Assembly (NCBI GenBank): GCA_002269645.1
Contig: NIVC01001630.1
Span: forward strand, 193,331 to 257,330
Direction: 5' to 3'
DNA length: 64,000 nt
Source of the DNA: Macrostomum lignano
Taxonomy: Eukaryota
Numbering within the stretch: the first letter of the stretch is position 1; the number at the start of each line of letters is the position of its first letter. Position numbers and translations under genes: made by a program. A model generated the notes under the pieces. That model worked only from the letters and a program-made list of their open reading frames with translations, was not told the origin of the DNA and did not search any database. Shown here one piece after another: positions 32,701-46,925 of this stretch.

Positions 32701-35700
32701 ATAGAACGCTGTCGGTCGCATTGGCAACCCAGACTGTCTGGCTGACACCAGAGCCGGTTGCAGGTGCTCTGTCCAGAGGGCCCGGTGAGCCTGGAAGACT
32801 GGCAGGATGCCGGGAAACAGCTGGTCGGAGCTGACGTCAGCCAGGAGATTTGCGCTGCTCTGCAGGTGCCTCAGGACCGTCATGTGCACCTGCATTTGCG
32901 GGGAGGGGGGTGGTGTGTCTCAGTGTGTGTCTCAGTGTGTGGCTCAGTGTGTATCTCAGTGTCTGTCTCAGTGTGTGTCTCAGTGTGTGGCTCAGTGTCT
33001 GTCTCAGTGTCTGTCTCAGTGTGTGTCTCAGTGTGTGTCTCAGTGTGTCTCAGTGTGTGTCTCAGTGTGTGTCTCAGTGTCTGTCGCAGTGTCTGTCTCA
33101 GTGTCTGTCTCAGTGTCTGTCTCAGTGCCTGTCTCAGTGCCCATCTTTCTCATCTTCTGACCCAATCGCAGCAATCCCAAATCTTCCGAAAGCACCAAAG
33201 CTGAATCTTATATGCACTCAGAGTTCACCAATTTATGAGTGCTAATCTGCAAATGGGAATAATATTGATCCTAAATCCCTAATGTGCTGTGATCTGTAAC
33301 CCGCTGCCTCCAGCAAAAATACTGAATGCAACCAGAAACTTATATATGATCATGCACGCAGTTTGGAATTATCTTTCGATCTGTTGAGAGCCATGAGTGA
33401 ATATTTTTCAATCAGTATCCATTTTTGCTTCATCAACTGAGTCGACTCAAGGGTCAGATCCGCTTCATCATATATCTGAACCGAATATGTTCTCGAATAT
33501 CTCCGAATCAGTAAGAGAGAAGTAGAGTGGGAGAGTAGTAGATTGGAAGAGAAGTAGAGTGGGAGAGAAGTAGATTGGAAGAGAAGTAGAGTGGGAGAGA
33601 AGTAGAGTGGGAGAGAAGTAGAGTGGGAGAGAAGTAGAGTGGGAGAGAAGTAGATTGGAGGAGAAGTAGAGTGAAAGGAGAAGTAGAGTGGAAGGAGAAG
33701 TAGAGTGGGAGGAGAAGTAGAGTGGGAGGAGAAGTAGAGTGGGAGGAGAAGTAGAGTGGGAGGCAAGCAGAGTGTACAGAGAAATTGAGAATCACAAGTT
33801 TGAGAAGGCTGCTCACCTCAATAATAGTCTTCAGGTGCCTCAAAATATTGACCTCAGTCTGCAGCAGCTCCCAGATTGCCGCCTGCTGTTTCACAGCTTT
33901 GGCGGTTGTTGTGTTCTGGAAGCAGTGGTTTGTTCAAGCATTCGGTGGTTCTTTTAAAACTCAGAAATGCAGCAGCTCAGGCATAAAACTCACCTCTGGA
34001 GCTACAACCCGATCCCAGGAGGGCTCGAGCTCGAGACCTAGCGACTCCAATTGTTCTTGATTGTCAGGCTTTGGCATTGCCGAGCTGTGCTCACAGAGTC
34101 TCAAGCAGTCAGCCAGTTTGTCTCGATTGTCCTGAGGGGTTTAAAAGTTATTGAGTTTTATCACCTGGTTGATCTATTATTTGCTGTCAAACGAATTTTT
34201 ATAAAAAATTTTAAAAAGGTTTTTTGATGCATCGATTTTTTAAAACTGACACCGTGCGACTTAAATATTTGACCTGCAAATCGAAATAAAATTTTATTTA
34301 GACATAACCTTACTTAGACACAACCTCATTCGGACACAACCTCACTCGGACACAACCTCACTCGGACACAACCTCATTCAGACACAACCTCACTCGGACA
34401 CAACCTCACTCGGACAAAACCTCACTCGGACACAACCTCACTCGGACACAACCTCATTCAGACACAACCTCACTCGGACACAACCTCACTCGGACACAAC
34501 CTCACTCGGACACAACCTCACTTGGACACAACCTCACTCGGACACAACCTCAACCTCACTCGGACACAACCTCACTCGGACACAACCTCAACCTCACTCG
34601 GACACAACCTCACTCGGACACAACCTCAACCTCACTCGGACACAACCTCACTCGGACACAACCTCAACCTCACTCGGACACAACCTCACTCGGACACAAC
34701 CTCAACCTCACTCGGACACAACCTCACTCGGACACAACCTCAACCTCACTCGGACACAACCTCACTCGGACACAACCTCAACCTCACTCGGACACAACCT
34801 CACTCGGACACAACCTCAACCTCACTCGGACACAACCTCAACCTCACTCGGACACAACCTCAACCTCACTCGGACACAACCTCACTCGGACACAACCTCA
34901 ACCTCACTCGGACATAACCTCACTCGGACACAACCTCAACCTCACTCGGACACAACCTCAACCTCACTCGGACATAACCTCACTCGGACACAACCTCACT
35001 CGGACACAACCTCACTCGGACACAACCTCACTCGGACACAACCTCACTCGGACACAACCTCAACGAAAACTTGTTGGACAATATGCAGCACATAGATTTG
35101 AGAAAGCACTACCCGTTATAATACAAGATAGATATAATCAGTTCTTTGCGTTTTATGCACTAAAGTTTGGTGCTCTCTCCAACCACCGATTAAATTCGAG
35201 TTTTTCCGCCTAGAAAACTGAAAAAACCCTCTGTCCAAGCAACCGCTGAACGAAGTTGGCTGGCTGAATTGCGTCGCCACTTCAATATTGAGTGTTGATG
35301 CTGCTGCAGCTGCTGCAATTGCTGAAGAATGAAACAACGGATTGATAGTACGAGTGCCATCACAGATTTATGCTTATTCCCGTTATCCCCCAGCACGCGA
35401 ACGGTGCACCTGGTGCCAGATAGATAGAGACATAGATAGAGAGATAGAGATAGATCATGTAGAAATAGAGAGATAGGAGAAATGCCAGGAGAGGGAACAA
35501 AGGAGAAGATAGGAGAGAAGAGGTTAGAGAAAACAGAGGTGAGAAGAGAGTAGAGAAGAGATTAGAGAGAACGGAGGTGAGAAGAGAGTAGAGAAGAGAT
35601 TAAAGAGAACGGAGGTGAGAAGAGAGTAGAGAAGAGATTAGAGAGAACGGAGGTGAGAAGAGAGGAGAGAAGAGATTAGAGCGAACGGAGGTGAGAAGAG

Positions 35701-36932
35701 AGGAGAGAAGAGATTAGAGAGAACGGAAGTGAGAAGAGAGGAGAGAAGAGATTAGAGCGAACGGAGGTGAGAAGAGAGGAGAGAAGAGATTAGAGCGAAC
35801 GGAGGTAAGAAGAGAGGAGAGAAGAGATTAGAGAGAACGGATGTGAGAAGAGAGGAGAGAAGAGGTTAGAGAAAACAGAGGTGAGAAGAAAGGAGAGAAG
35901 AGAGGAGAGAAGAGATTAGAGAGAACGGATGTGAGAAGAGAGTAGAGAAGAGATTAGAGAGAACGGAGGTGAGAAGAAAGGAGAGAAGAGATTATGTAAA
36001 CTTTTTAGTGCATCCGCTTCCAGTTTCCTTGATGCAACCAAGAAAACCTACCGCATTGCTTCCCTAAAAAACAACAGCGAGCCCACACCATGGTCAATCT
36101 AACTTCAAGCCCGTGGTGTTTTCAAGTTAAACAGTTCCTAGGCTTCTATGCTATAAAAAGTTTAGATTAGAAGGAGTCATTTCAGTTCACCCCCGGAGGA
36201 CCCGAGTTAGTGGGAGTTTTTGCTCAATCAGTCGCTGGTAGGTGTCCGGGAGAGTGGCACTCACGATCCCGCTCAGCAGGGGGTTGGCGTTGCGTCTCTC
36301 CGAGATCCCCCCGCTGCCTCCACTACCGCCGCCTCGTCCCCTGAGAGCCAGCAGTCGATCATCTCGTTCTGAAGTGCAAAACGAGTGAGTCGCCAGGTGA
36401 GCCAAGCTGCATAATGCGATGCAGTGCAAACTGAAATCGGGTCTTTAGTGAGAAAAAAACTGGAAAAATGAGAGAATTTTTCGAAATAATCGATTCTCAA
36501 GGAGACCGCGCAGGAATACACAAGTCATTAACAAGAATTTTACAGACTAGTAGTTTGATAACTCGTAAAAAATTAGCACCTTAATCCTCTAAGCCTAAAT
36601 TACTTAGCTAAATGCAACGACCTCTTCTCTCCAAGAGAGAAATCTTAATTTATCTTTCGTAGGATCGATATCTGATTTACAGAAAAAACTTAACAACTTG
36701 TGATGAGGGATTAGCGGTTTTTTTGTTTTACTTGACCGAAGATTAGAGGTTTTTTGCGTTTAGGCAGAAGCAATAACGATTTTAGGAAAAACAGACAATG
36801 AGAAATATACACAGGGAGAGAGATAGACAGGCTGAGAGGTATACAGGCTAAGAAGTAGGCAGAAAGAGAGAGAACGAGAGTGAGAGAGAGAGAGTGACAG
36901 GGGGAAAAAGAGAGAGTGAGACAGAGAGGAAG

Positions 36933-36964
<32 letters not shown>

Positions 36965-37000
36965 GAGTGAGAGAGATACAGTAAGAGAGAGTGAAAGAGA

Positions 37001-37050
<50 letters not shown>

Positions 37051-37261
37051 GAGAGAGAGATAAAAGAGAGAAATGAGAGATATGAGAGAGAGAGAGATGA
37101 AAGAGAGATATGAGAGATATGAGAGGTAGAGAGAGAGAAGAGAGGTCACGGCGTGTTAAATTATTTAATTGAAAGTAGGCCACCGGTTTCAAGCCTCTGG
37201 GCTCTTCGTCAGGCCAAAAATCTCTCTCTCAGGAGAGAGAGATGAAAGAGAGGTATGAGAG

Positions 37262-37335
<74 letters not shown>

Positions 37336-40300
37336 GAGAGGGAGAGGGGGAGAGAGGTAGACAGAGGGAGGTAGACAGTGAGGTTTACGACCGAGACAGA
37401 AATGGAAGCATAGGAAGACAACGACAGAAAGAATTCGCTTGAAAAGGGGAAGAAGTGGGAAGCACAGAACCATCCAATAATCGCTATAGATTATCAGCTT
37501 ACAAAACCAGCACAAATATGCGATCAATCAATAGACAGACAAATCAGTGCAAAAAGAAACTGCAGATTAAAGCATATCTAACAATGTCTTTGCATATTCT
37601 TTGAACGAATTAAATCAATAAGCAGATTATGGATCAAAGAGAATAGCAGTGCGAGATGCAGCTATAGCAAGGAGCTGCCTGCACTTCAGCCTTACGTGTT
37701 TCAATTATCTTTCAACTGACAACCGCAATAAAAAGTCAGTACTGTTTTGGGCGCGGGAGGGCTTTGCCGGATCTTGACTTCTCGGCGATAGAGTGGGCGA
37801 TTTAAATGCTGGATAAAAGAAGTGTAGAGTTTATGAGGCCACATTCGACCTACGTGTCACGCCAGCGCCATTGCACGTTATAAATTATTTAAAACTGAGT
37901 CTGCCAGCCCCCAATTTCAGTTTCTCACGGTGGATTGAAAGTAAAAGTTAAAAGCACCCTCAGATATTTATGAGTGAACTAAATTCTGAGATTTTAAATT
38001 CACTGTTTTGTATAGAAACCAGCATCAATTGATGGCATAAAAATTTAGACATGAGTGCGGTTTAAGTTCATGAGTTGGAAACCAGTTTATGAGTGAGACC
38101 ATGAGTGTGTTCATGAGTGAGTTCATGAGTGAGTATCTGAGTGAGACCATGAGTGAGTTCATGAGTGAGTTCATGAGTGAGTATCTGAGTGAGACCATGA
38201 GTGAGTTCATGAGTGAGGTCATGAGTGAGTTTCTGAGTGAGACCATGAGTGTGTTCATGAGTGAGTTCATGAGTGAGTTTCTGAGTGAGACCATGAGTGA
38301 GTTCATGAGTGAGTTCATGAGTGAGTTTCTGAGTGAGACCATGAGTGAGTTCATGAGTGAGGTCATGAGTGAGTTCATGAGTGAGGTCATGAGTGGGTTC
38401 AAGAGTGAGTTCATAAGTGAGTTCATGGGTGAGTTTATGAGTGAGTTCATGAGTGAGCTCATGAGTGACATCATTAGTGAGTTCATGATTGACATCATGA
38501 GTGAGTTCATAAGTGACATCATGAGTGAGATCATGAGTGACATCAGTAGTGACATCATGAGTGAGTTAATGAGTTATTTCACGAGTGAGTTCATGAGTGA
38601 GTTCATAAGAGAGCTCTGATCGTGTGCATGACTGAGCTAATGATCTAGAATCAATGAATTAAAACCTCAGCATGCATAAAAACGTTAACGCCCCAGTTCC
38701 TACCTGACGATTTCAAATCTTCAATTGGTTTATGAAAAAATTGCTGAGCAAAGATTCCAGCCATATTGGTTGGCAGGGCTCCCCCAACCTGCCTGCCGCC
38801 ACTGCCAGTTGTCGAGGCAGGTGACTGCGAAGCGCCTTCCAAGTCTGAGCCTTCACTGCGTTTCATGACTTGTTTAGAGAAGCTTTCTCGGTAGGTTGTG
38901 ACTCTTTCTCGCAACAAAGGCGCTTGATATGGAGTCCTTAAGTGTTCTGTTATACTGCATTGGTGTCTAACTTGGGCCGTAGGCATTGGCTCACACCTTA
39001 GCATTAGCTGGGCATTGGTCAATCACTTCCACTGGTGGAGGGATTTTCCGTTTCAAGAAAGCTGGGGAAACTGGAGTGTCATTAATATGGATGTCAGGAA
39101 TATGGGTGTCAGGAATATGGGTGTCAGAAATATGGGTGTCAGAAATATGGGTGTCAGGAATATGGGTGTCAGGAGTATGGGTGTCAGGAATAATGTTGTC
39201 AGGAATATGGGTGTCAGAAATATGGGTGTCATTAATATGGGTGCGAGGAATATGGGTGTCAGGTATTTGGGTGTCAGGAGTATGGGTGTCAGGAATGTCA
39301 GGAATATGGGTGTCAGGAGTATTGGTGTCAGGAATATGGGTGTCAGAAATATGGGCGTCAGGAGTATTGGTGTCAGGAATATTGGTGTCAGGAATATGGG
39401 TGTCAGGAATATGAGTGTCAGGAGTATGGGTGTCAGAAATAATGTTGTCAGGAATATGGGTGTCAGGAATATGGGTGTCGGGAATATTCTGTGTCAAAAG
39501 TATGGGTGTCAGGAATGTCAGGAATATGGGTGTCAGGAGTATTGGTGTCAGGAATATGGGTGTCAGAAATATGGGCGTCAGGAGTATTGGTGTCAGGAAT
39601 ATGAGTGTCAGGAGTATGGGTGTCAGGAATAATGTTGTCAGGAATATGGGTGTCAGGAATATGGGTGTCGGGAATATTCTGTGTCAAAAGTATGGGTGTC
39701 AGGAATGTCAGGAATATGGGTGTCAGGAGTATTGGTGTCAGGAATATGGGTGTCAGAAATATGGGCGTCAGGAATATTGGTGTCAGGAATATGAGTGTCA
39801 GGAGTATGGGTGTCAGGAATATGGGTATCAGGAATATGGGTATCAGGAATATGCGTGTTAGGAATATGGGTGTTAGGAATATGGGTGTCAGGAATATGGG
39901 TGTCAGAAATATGGGTGTCGGGAATATGGGTGTCGGGAATATTCTGTGTCAAAAGTATGGGTGTCAGGAATATGATTGTCAGGAATATGGGTATCAGGAA
40001 TATGGGTATCAGGAATATGCGTGTCAGGAATATGGGTGTTAGGTATTTGGGTGTCAGGAGTATGGGTGTCAGAAATATGGGTGTCAGGAGTATTGGTGTC
40101 AGGAATATGGGTGTCAGAAATATGGGTGTCAGGAATATGAGTGTCAGGAGCATGGGTGTCAGGAAAAATGGTGTCAGAAATATGGGTGTCAGGAATATGG
40201 GTGTCAGGAATATGGGTGTCAGGAATATGGGTGTCAGGAGTATTGGTGTCAGGAATATGGGTGTCAGGAATATTGGTGCCAGGAGTATGGGTGTCAGGGT

Positions 40301-43300
40301 CACTAATAATAATAAAGAGGCCGTTATAACAATTACTTAAATGGTTGAAGATCAAACAGCAGACTTATTGCAGACAGAAGTTTTAGAACAGAGCCAAGAG
40401 CAGTCTAAATCATTAATTAATCATAAAAATTCGAAAAAAAGTGCAAACAAAAATGCATCTGGGAAACTCACCACCGCAAGCAGACTTGCTTGGCTGCACC
40501 AGAAAGCTCAACAAGGCGTCATTGGCGAGTAACTTCTGCCTTCTGTCGTCTTTGCTTCCATTGTATAAGAATGTATTTAAGGACGTTTTTCGTCTGTGAT
40601 GCTTGGCAGCGGTAGCATCAGTAGTATGCTTGGCAAATATGTTTGGCAAACTGCCAATATTCATATTTATTAAATAGTCTATGGTCTTGATTGAGAAACT
40701 GTTTTGACTGTCTCGGAATTAAAAAGCTTTTGAATTTAGCATGCGCATTTATATTATACTTTGCCATGAATATTTGGCCAATATTTGTGTCATAACCCAG
40801 ATTTCACCCACACTGCTATTATATATCTATCCACTGACAGTTTGTTTTACAGTACTGACAGTTCAACTTCAATAAGCCATGGAAACTGTGCAATCGGATA
40901 CTAAAACAAAGCTGTTATAACAATTTACTCACGTGACAGAATAACAATACTGCTCATTCAAACAACTTGTTAGTTAGTGGCTTAAACAGACACAGGCGTA
41001 AAAACTTGTTTAAATTGCTGGATTTTTAGCCTATTTAGAGAAGGTAATTTTTAATTCCTTGGGCGATTCGTACTACTTTTTAAAAGTAGTTTGGTCAGCT
41101 TTGTTAGATTTCACGTGTCAGTTTTAAAAAATCTTATATATATGTTTATTTATTTTTATAGATGTACCTACAACACATTGGTTCTTTCTGAGAATTGCGT
41201 TTTTGAAGTGGAGTGAGGTAGAGGGACACAGTGAGGGAGACGGAGAGAGTGAGGGAGAGGGTGTGTGGGGCAGAGAATGGTGCAGTGAGGGAGACGGAGA
41301 GAGTGAGGGAGAGGGTGTGTGGGGCAGACAATGGTGCAGTGAGGGAGAGGGTGTGTGGAGAGAGAATGGTGCAGTGAGGGAGACGGAGGGAGTGAGGGAG
41401 AGGGTGTGTGGGCAGAGAATGGTGCAGTGAGGGAGAGGGTGTGTGGGGCAGACAATGGTGCAGTGAGGGAGAGGGTGTGTGTGGGGCAGACAATGGTGCA
41501 GTGAGGGAGAGGGTGTGTGGGCAGAGAATGGTGCAGTGAGGGAGAGGGTGTGTGGGCAGAGAATGGTGCAGTGAGGGAGAGGGTGTGTGGGGCAGAGAAT
41601 GGTGCAGTGAGGGAGAGGGTGTGTGGGGCAGACAATGGTGCAGTGAGGGAGAGGGTGTGTGGGCAGAGAATGGTGCAGTGAGGGAGAGGGTGTGTGGGGC
41701 AGAGAATGGTGCAGTGAGGGAGAGGGTGTGTGTGGGGCAGACAATGGTGCAGTGAGGGAGAGGGTGTGTGTGGGGCAGAGAATGGTGCAGTGAGGGAGAG
41801 GGTGTGTGGGGCAGAGAATGGTGCAGTGAGGGAGAGAGTGTGTGGAGAGAGAATGGTGCAGTGAGGGAGACGGAGAGAGTGAGGGAGAGGGTGTGTGGGG
41901 CAGACAATGGTGCAGTGAGGGAGAGGGTGTGTGGGGCAGAGAATGGTGCATTGAGGGAGAGGGTGTGTGCAGAGAGAATGGTGCAGTGAGGGAGAGGGTG
42001 TGTGGGGCAGAGAATTGTGCAGTGAGGGAGAGGGTGTGTGGGGCAGACAATGGTGCAGTGAGGGAGAGGGTGTGTGTGGGGCAGACAATGGTGCAGTGAG
42101 GGAGAGGGTGTGTGGGCAGAGAATGGTGCAGTGAGGGAGAGGGTGTGTGGGGCAGAGAATGGTGCAGTGAGGGAGAGGGTGTGTGGGGCAGAGAATGGTG
42201 CAGTGAGGGAGAGGGTGTGTGTGGGGCAGACAATGGTGCAGTGAGGGAGAGGGTGTGTGGGCAGAGAATGGTGCAGTGAGGGAGAGGGTGTGTGGGGCAG
42301 AGAATGGTGCAGTGAGGGAGAGGGTGTGTGTGGGGCAGACAATGGTGCAGTGAGGGAGAGGGTGTGTGGGGCAGAGAGAATGGTGCAGTGAGGGAGAGGG
42401 TGTGTGGGGCAGAGAATGATGCAGTGAGGGAGAGGGTGTGTGTGGGGCAGACAATGGTGCAGTGAGGGAGAGGGTGTGTGGGGCAGAGAATGGTGCAGTG
42501 AGGGAGAGGGTGTGTGTGGAGAAAGAATGGTGCAGTGAGGGAGAGGGTGTGTGGGGCAGAGAATGGTGCAGTGAGGGAGAGGGTGTGTGGGGCAGAGAAT
42601 GGTGCAGTGAGGGAGAGGGTGTGTGGGGCAGACAATGGTGCAGTGAGGGAGAGGGTGTGTGGGGAGAGAAAGGTCAGTTGTCTCAGTTTAGTCAGTTGTC
42701 TCAGTTTAGCCTCTCTGCAATCCAGTATTCAGCCAAGCAAACCTTAGTTTTCTTTCGACTTCGACCTCCAGCGGAGTTGGACTTGACGTGATGCACCTGC
42801 GGAGGCTGCGACAACGAAGTCAGACTCGCGACGGCTCCACCTGGCGACGCTGCGGATTGATCTGCTGGCAGACTCTCCTGACTACCGGGTGCGCCAGTGA
42901 TCCTGTGAGTCAAGCTAGTCAGGCTGTCGTGCAGCACTCTCAGATGATTCGAATCGGTGACTGAACGACGTTTCTGCACGTTATCCATGCTTTGGGCGAT
43001 TCGACTGGCGATTCTGCTCACTGAAGAGTCTGCGAGCAGCAGGCCGGTGTCTGAGCCGGAGTGCGAGTGCACCGCCATGGCGGTGCCCGACTGCAGCGGC
43101 GTTGGCGACGGGGCCTGACTCCAGCTCGCTGGGGCCAGGGGGCATTGGTCCATGGAGAGCTGGCGGGGGGAGGGGTAGAAGGTAGGGTTGTGGGGTCAGC
43201 CTGTACTGTAGGGTTGTGGGGTCAGCCTGTACTGTAGGGTTGTGGGGTCAGCCTGTACTGTAGGGTTATGGGGTCAGCCTGTACTGTAGGGTTGTGGGGT

Positions 43301-45854
43301 CAGCCTGTACTGTAGGGTTGTAGGGTCAGCCTGTACTGTAGGATTGTGGGGTCAGCCTGTAGGGTTGTGGGGTCAGCCTGTACTGTAGGGTTGTGGGGTC
43401 AGCCTGTACTGTAGGGTTGTAGGGTCAGCCTGTACTGTAGGGTTGTGGGGTCAGCCTGTACTGTAGGGTTGTGTGGTCAGCCTGTACTGTAGGGTTGTAG
43501 GGTCAGCCTGTAGGGTTGTAGGGTCAGCCTGTAGGGTTGTAGGGTCAGCCTGTAGGGTTATAGGGTCAGCCTGTAGGGTTGTAGGGTCAGCCTGTAGGGT
43601 TGTAGGGTCAGCCTGTACTGTAGGGTTGTGGGGTCAGCCTGTACTGTACTGTACGGTTGTATGGAGGGTTGAAAGGTTCAGTTGTACGGTAGGGTTAAAG
43701 GGTTTAAAAATGTAGGTTTGTAAGTCTGATCCTTTGAGGCTTTAAGCCAGCAACTAACAAATTATAAGCTGTCACACTTACAGCCGTTTTTCTAGAAAAG
43801 ATGAACTGATTTCTCCGATGCAGCCGAGGTCGCAACTCTTCGCCAATGCTTTGACTGAGCGACAACTGCCTGTTGAAAAGAAAATAATAGTTTATGAACT
43901 GTGTTGATTTTCTTGATTGGAATTTAAATAAATAACGTCAATTACGTTGTACGCTCGTAAAAAATTAGTTTGAAGACACATTTAAGATATGCATTCATAT
44001 TGCAAGCCATTACTAGACCTGCTTATATCTCAGTCGGGTTTTTCGTAAAGCATTGCGTTTGTCAATAGGCCCAACCTATCATTTTTATGTAGGCTTTCAA
44101 CTTTAGAATGCCAGTTTTCTAACTTAGCATTATTTGGTGAGGCGGTCCCGACGCAAAGAAAACGGCTTCTGGTGGCTGTTGACTTGCAAGAGAAGCCTCT
44201 GGTGGCTTTTGATTTGCAAGACGCCTCTGGTGGCTTTTGACTTGCAACAAATGCCTCTGGTGGCTTTTGACTTGCAAGAAACGTCTCTGGTGGCTGTTGA
44301 CTTGCAACAAATGCCTCTGGTGGATTTTGACTTGCAAGAAACGTCTCTGGTGTCTGTTGACTTGCAACAAATGCCTCTGGTGGCTGTTGACTTGCAAGAG
44401 AAGCCTCTGGTGGCTGTTGACTTGCAACAAATGCCTCTGGTGGCTTTTGACTTGCAAGAGAAGCCTCTGGTGGCTTCTGACTTGCAAGAAACGTCTCTGG
44501 TGTCTGTTGACTTGCAAAAAATGCCTCTGGTGGCTTTTGACTTGCAACAAATGCATCTGGTGGCTTTTGACTTGCAAAAAATGCCTCTGGTGGCTGTTGA
44601 CTTGCAACAAATGCCTCTGGTGGCTTTTGACTTGCAAAAAATGCCTCTGGTGGCTGTTGACTTGCAACAAATGCCTCTGGTGGCTGTTGACTTGCAACAA
44701 ATGCCTCTGGTGGCTGTTGACTTGCAAGAGAAGCCTCTGGTGGCTTCTGACTTGCAAGAAACGTCTCTGGTGTCTGTTGACTTGCAAAAAATGCCTCTGG
44801 TGGCTTTTGACTTGCAACAAATGCATCTGGTGGCTTTTGACTTGCAAAAAATGCCTCTGGTGGTTGTTGACTTGCAACAAATGCCTCTGGTGGCTGTTGA
44901 CTTGCAACAAATGCCTCTGGTGGCTGTTGACTTGCAAGAGAAGCCTCTGGTGGCTTCTGACTTGCAAGAGAAGCCTCTGGTGGCTGTTGACTTGCAAGAG
45001 AAGCCTCTGGTGGCTGTTGACTTGCAAAAAATGCCTCTGGTGGCTGTTGACTTGCAACAAATGCCTCTGGTGGCTTTTGACTTGCAACAAATGCCTCGGG
45101 TGGCTTTTGACTTGCAAGAGAAGCCTCTGGTGGCTTTTGACTTGCAAGAAACGTCTCTGGTGTCTGTTGACTTGCAAAAATGCCTCTGGTGGTTTTTGAC
45201 TTGCAAGAAACGTCTCTGGTGGCTGTTGACTTGCAAGAGACGCCTCTGGTAGCTGTTGACTTGCAAGAAACGGCGCTGGAGGCTCCCGACCCCAAGGAAA
45301 CGACTTGGATGGCTGTTGACTCCACAGAATAGTTGACTCAGCGTTTAAAGCCTGGCCAATTAAATGACGGCCATAGACCATTAGCTGGGCAATGCCGTGG
45401 ATTACGAGGTGAACGTGCTTTGTACTCGCTGGCTTTGCACTGGATTAGAGACTTTTTGGCCATATAAATAGACGTTCACATCCGGGCGTTGGAACCTCGC
45501 GTTTCAACTCGTGTGAGCTGACTGCAACTGCAGCTGTAGTTTCGAAAACTGAGCCATGAAGAAACATACGAATCGAAATCGGACCAAACACATGCTTTTC
45601 ATTTGTTTCATGGTTCAAAACGCAGTACATAAAACGCATCGGATACTGTATTTTCTCGAGAGAGGTATAAGCCTTCAAAATTGCATTTTTTCAAAGAAAT
45701 TAAACAAACTCAACCGTTCAAATGCTGAAAAGTCTTCAACGCCTTCCTGACTCTGCAGAGTTGGTGAAGTGTTGAACGTCGCAACAGAAGCAGCAGAGGC
45801 AGCAGCGGCAGCAGCAGGAACTTCCTTGTCAGCTGGACCAGAAGTGGCGGCCAT
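29728..45854 (-). CDS. PLEKHG5: PLEKHG5/6/7-family RhoGEF (RBD-like, DH and PH domains), multi-exon
   Basis: Phase-consistent core exons: 34131-33994 (LELEPSW), 33915-33817 (QQAAIWELLQTE), 32889-32578 (DQLFPGI..AHRALW), 31894-31721 (PLQRVMKYGLLLQEIL), 31545-31291, 31091-30956 (CLLFTDLLLL..RPPL) and 30305-~29730. Upstream chain: 43869-43782, 43159-42743, 40628-40472, 38946-38704, 36368-36191. The first exon (ATG 45854) and the 3' end are tentative. Confidence 0.85.
30362..30836. repeat. ~29-30 bp intronic minisatellite (CATCTCAGCAACTCCCCATTGAGCCATGG)n
   Basis: Tandem periodicity. Confidence 0.9.
32030..32460. repeat. 23-bp intronic minisatellite (GGCGCCAAATGTTGGGATGGAAT)n
   Basis: Tandem periodicity. 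Confidence 0.9.
32925..33140. repeat. 10-12 bp intronic repeat (CTCAGTGTGT/CTCAGTGTCTGT)n
   Basis: Tandem periodicity. Confidence 0.9.
33505..33765. repeat. 16-18 bp GA-rich intronic repeat (GAGAAGTAGAGTGGGA)n
   Basis: Tandem periodicity. Confidence 0.9.
34310..35063. repeat. 16/22-bp intronic minisatellite (CACAACCTCACTCGGA)n
   Basis: Tandem periodicity; some units carry an extra CAACCT. Confidence 0.95.
35500..35995. repeat. GA-rich ~37-38 bp intronic minisatellite
   Basis: GAGAAGAGATTAGAGAGAACGGAGGTGAGAAGAGAG-type units. Confidence 0.9.
36840..37380. repeat. Two (GA)n-rich microsatellite tracts
   Basis: Direct. Confidence 0.9.
38085..38610 (+). repeat. 12-bp minisatellite (ATGAGTGAGTTC)n, family copy 2
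   Basis: Same unit as 4885-5100. Confidence 0.95.
39090..40295. repeat. 15-bp intronic minisatellite (GGTGTCAGGAATATG)n
   Basis: Tandem periodicity with internal block duplications. Confidence 0.95.
41210..42665. repeat. ~34-37 bp intronic minisatellite (GGCAGAGAATGGTGCAGTGAGGGAGAGGGTGTGTGG)n
   Basis: Tandem periodicity. Confidence 0.95.
43175..43640. repeat. 26/20-bp intronic minisatellite (GGGTTGTGGGGTCAGCCTGTACTGTA)n
   Basis: Tandem periodicity. Confidence 0.95.
44165..45275. repeat. 30-bp minisatellite (CTCTGGTGGCTGTTGACTTGCAACAAATGC)n
   Basis: Tandem periodicity; open in five frames. Confidence 0.95.
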
Positions 45855-46518
45855 TTTAGTTCAACGGCCTATTTAACTAAAAAAGGGGGTCAGAGAAATA
45901 ATCAGATGGAGGCAGGGAGAGGAACAAAGCGTAGATGAAGGCCGACAGGAAGGCGTCCCGTGGTGTCCAACACAGCGGACTGTCGCGAACGGCTGAACAG
46001 CAATCTCTCTTTCAGCTTTGTTACTTTGTGTTGCAGCAGTTTTCCTGTGCGAAACACAGAGAGCGGAATGGAATATCCAGATTTTTTAAGGGAAGGGAAA
46101 CGCTGCGCCGGAACCTCTTCCTTCTTTGCCTCGTTCCCCCCGGTCCTGCCTACAGCTAACTTTCCCGTCGTCTCGAAAACTCGACGGTTCCTTGCAGCCC
46201 CAAGCGTCCATTAGCCCATACCGACCTTGGTTTTGGAGAGGCTGCTAAAAAGTGCATAGAAAACGCGTAGTCCTGTCAGCGCCCGTCGGCCTTTCATATT
46301 TCTGTTGGAGGCAATTCGAGCCATGCAATACCGCAGTTTTCCTCTCCCACTGCCTGTCTGTACGCTTTCCAATGGCATTCCAACCCGCTTCCCCAGCCAA
46401 ATCGCATCTGCCGTGCGAATTTTTTGCCGACTGCATATGCGAAAATTCAACTCTTTTTTTGTTAGGGGCGAACAATTTGTGAGCTTTTGACTGCGCCTAA
46501 CTGCACCTGCGCCCTGAT

Positions 46519-46925
<407 letters not shown>

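Noticed and set aside
33350-33500. Extra RhoGEF exon
   Set aside because: Flanking exons 33915-33817 and 32889-32578 already join in phase into a continuous DH domain.
44030-45381. ORFs of 320-431 aa in five frames (ASQQPPEAFV etc.)
   Set aside because: 30-bp minisatellite with a single-base slip near 45180 and no convincing flanking splice sites; exonisation not excluded but unsupported.
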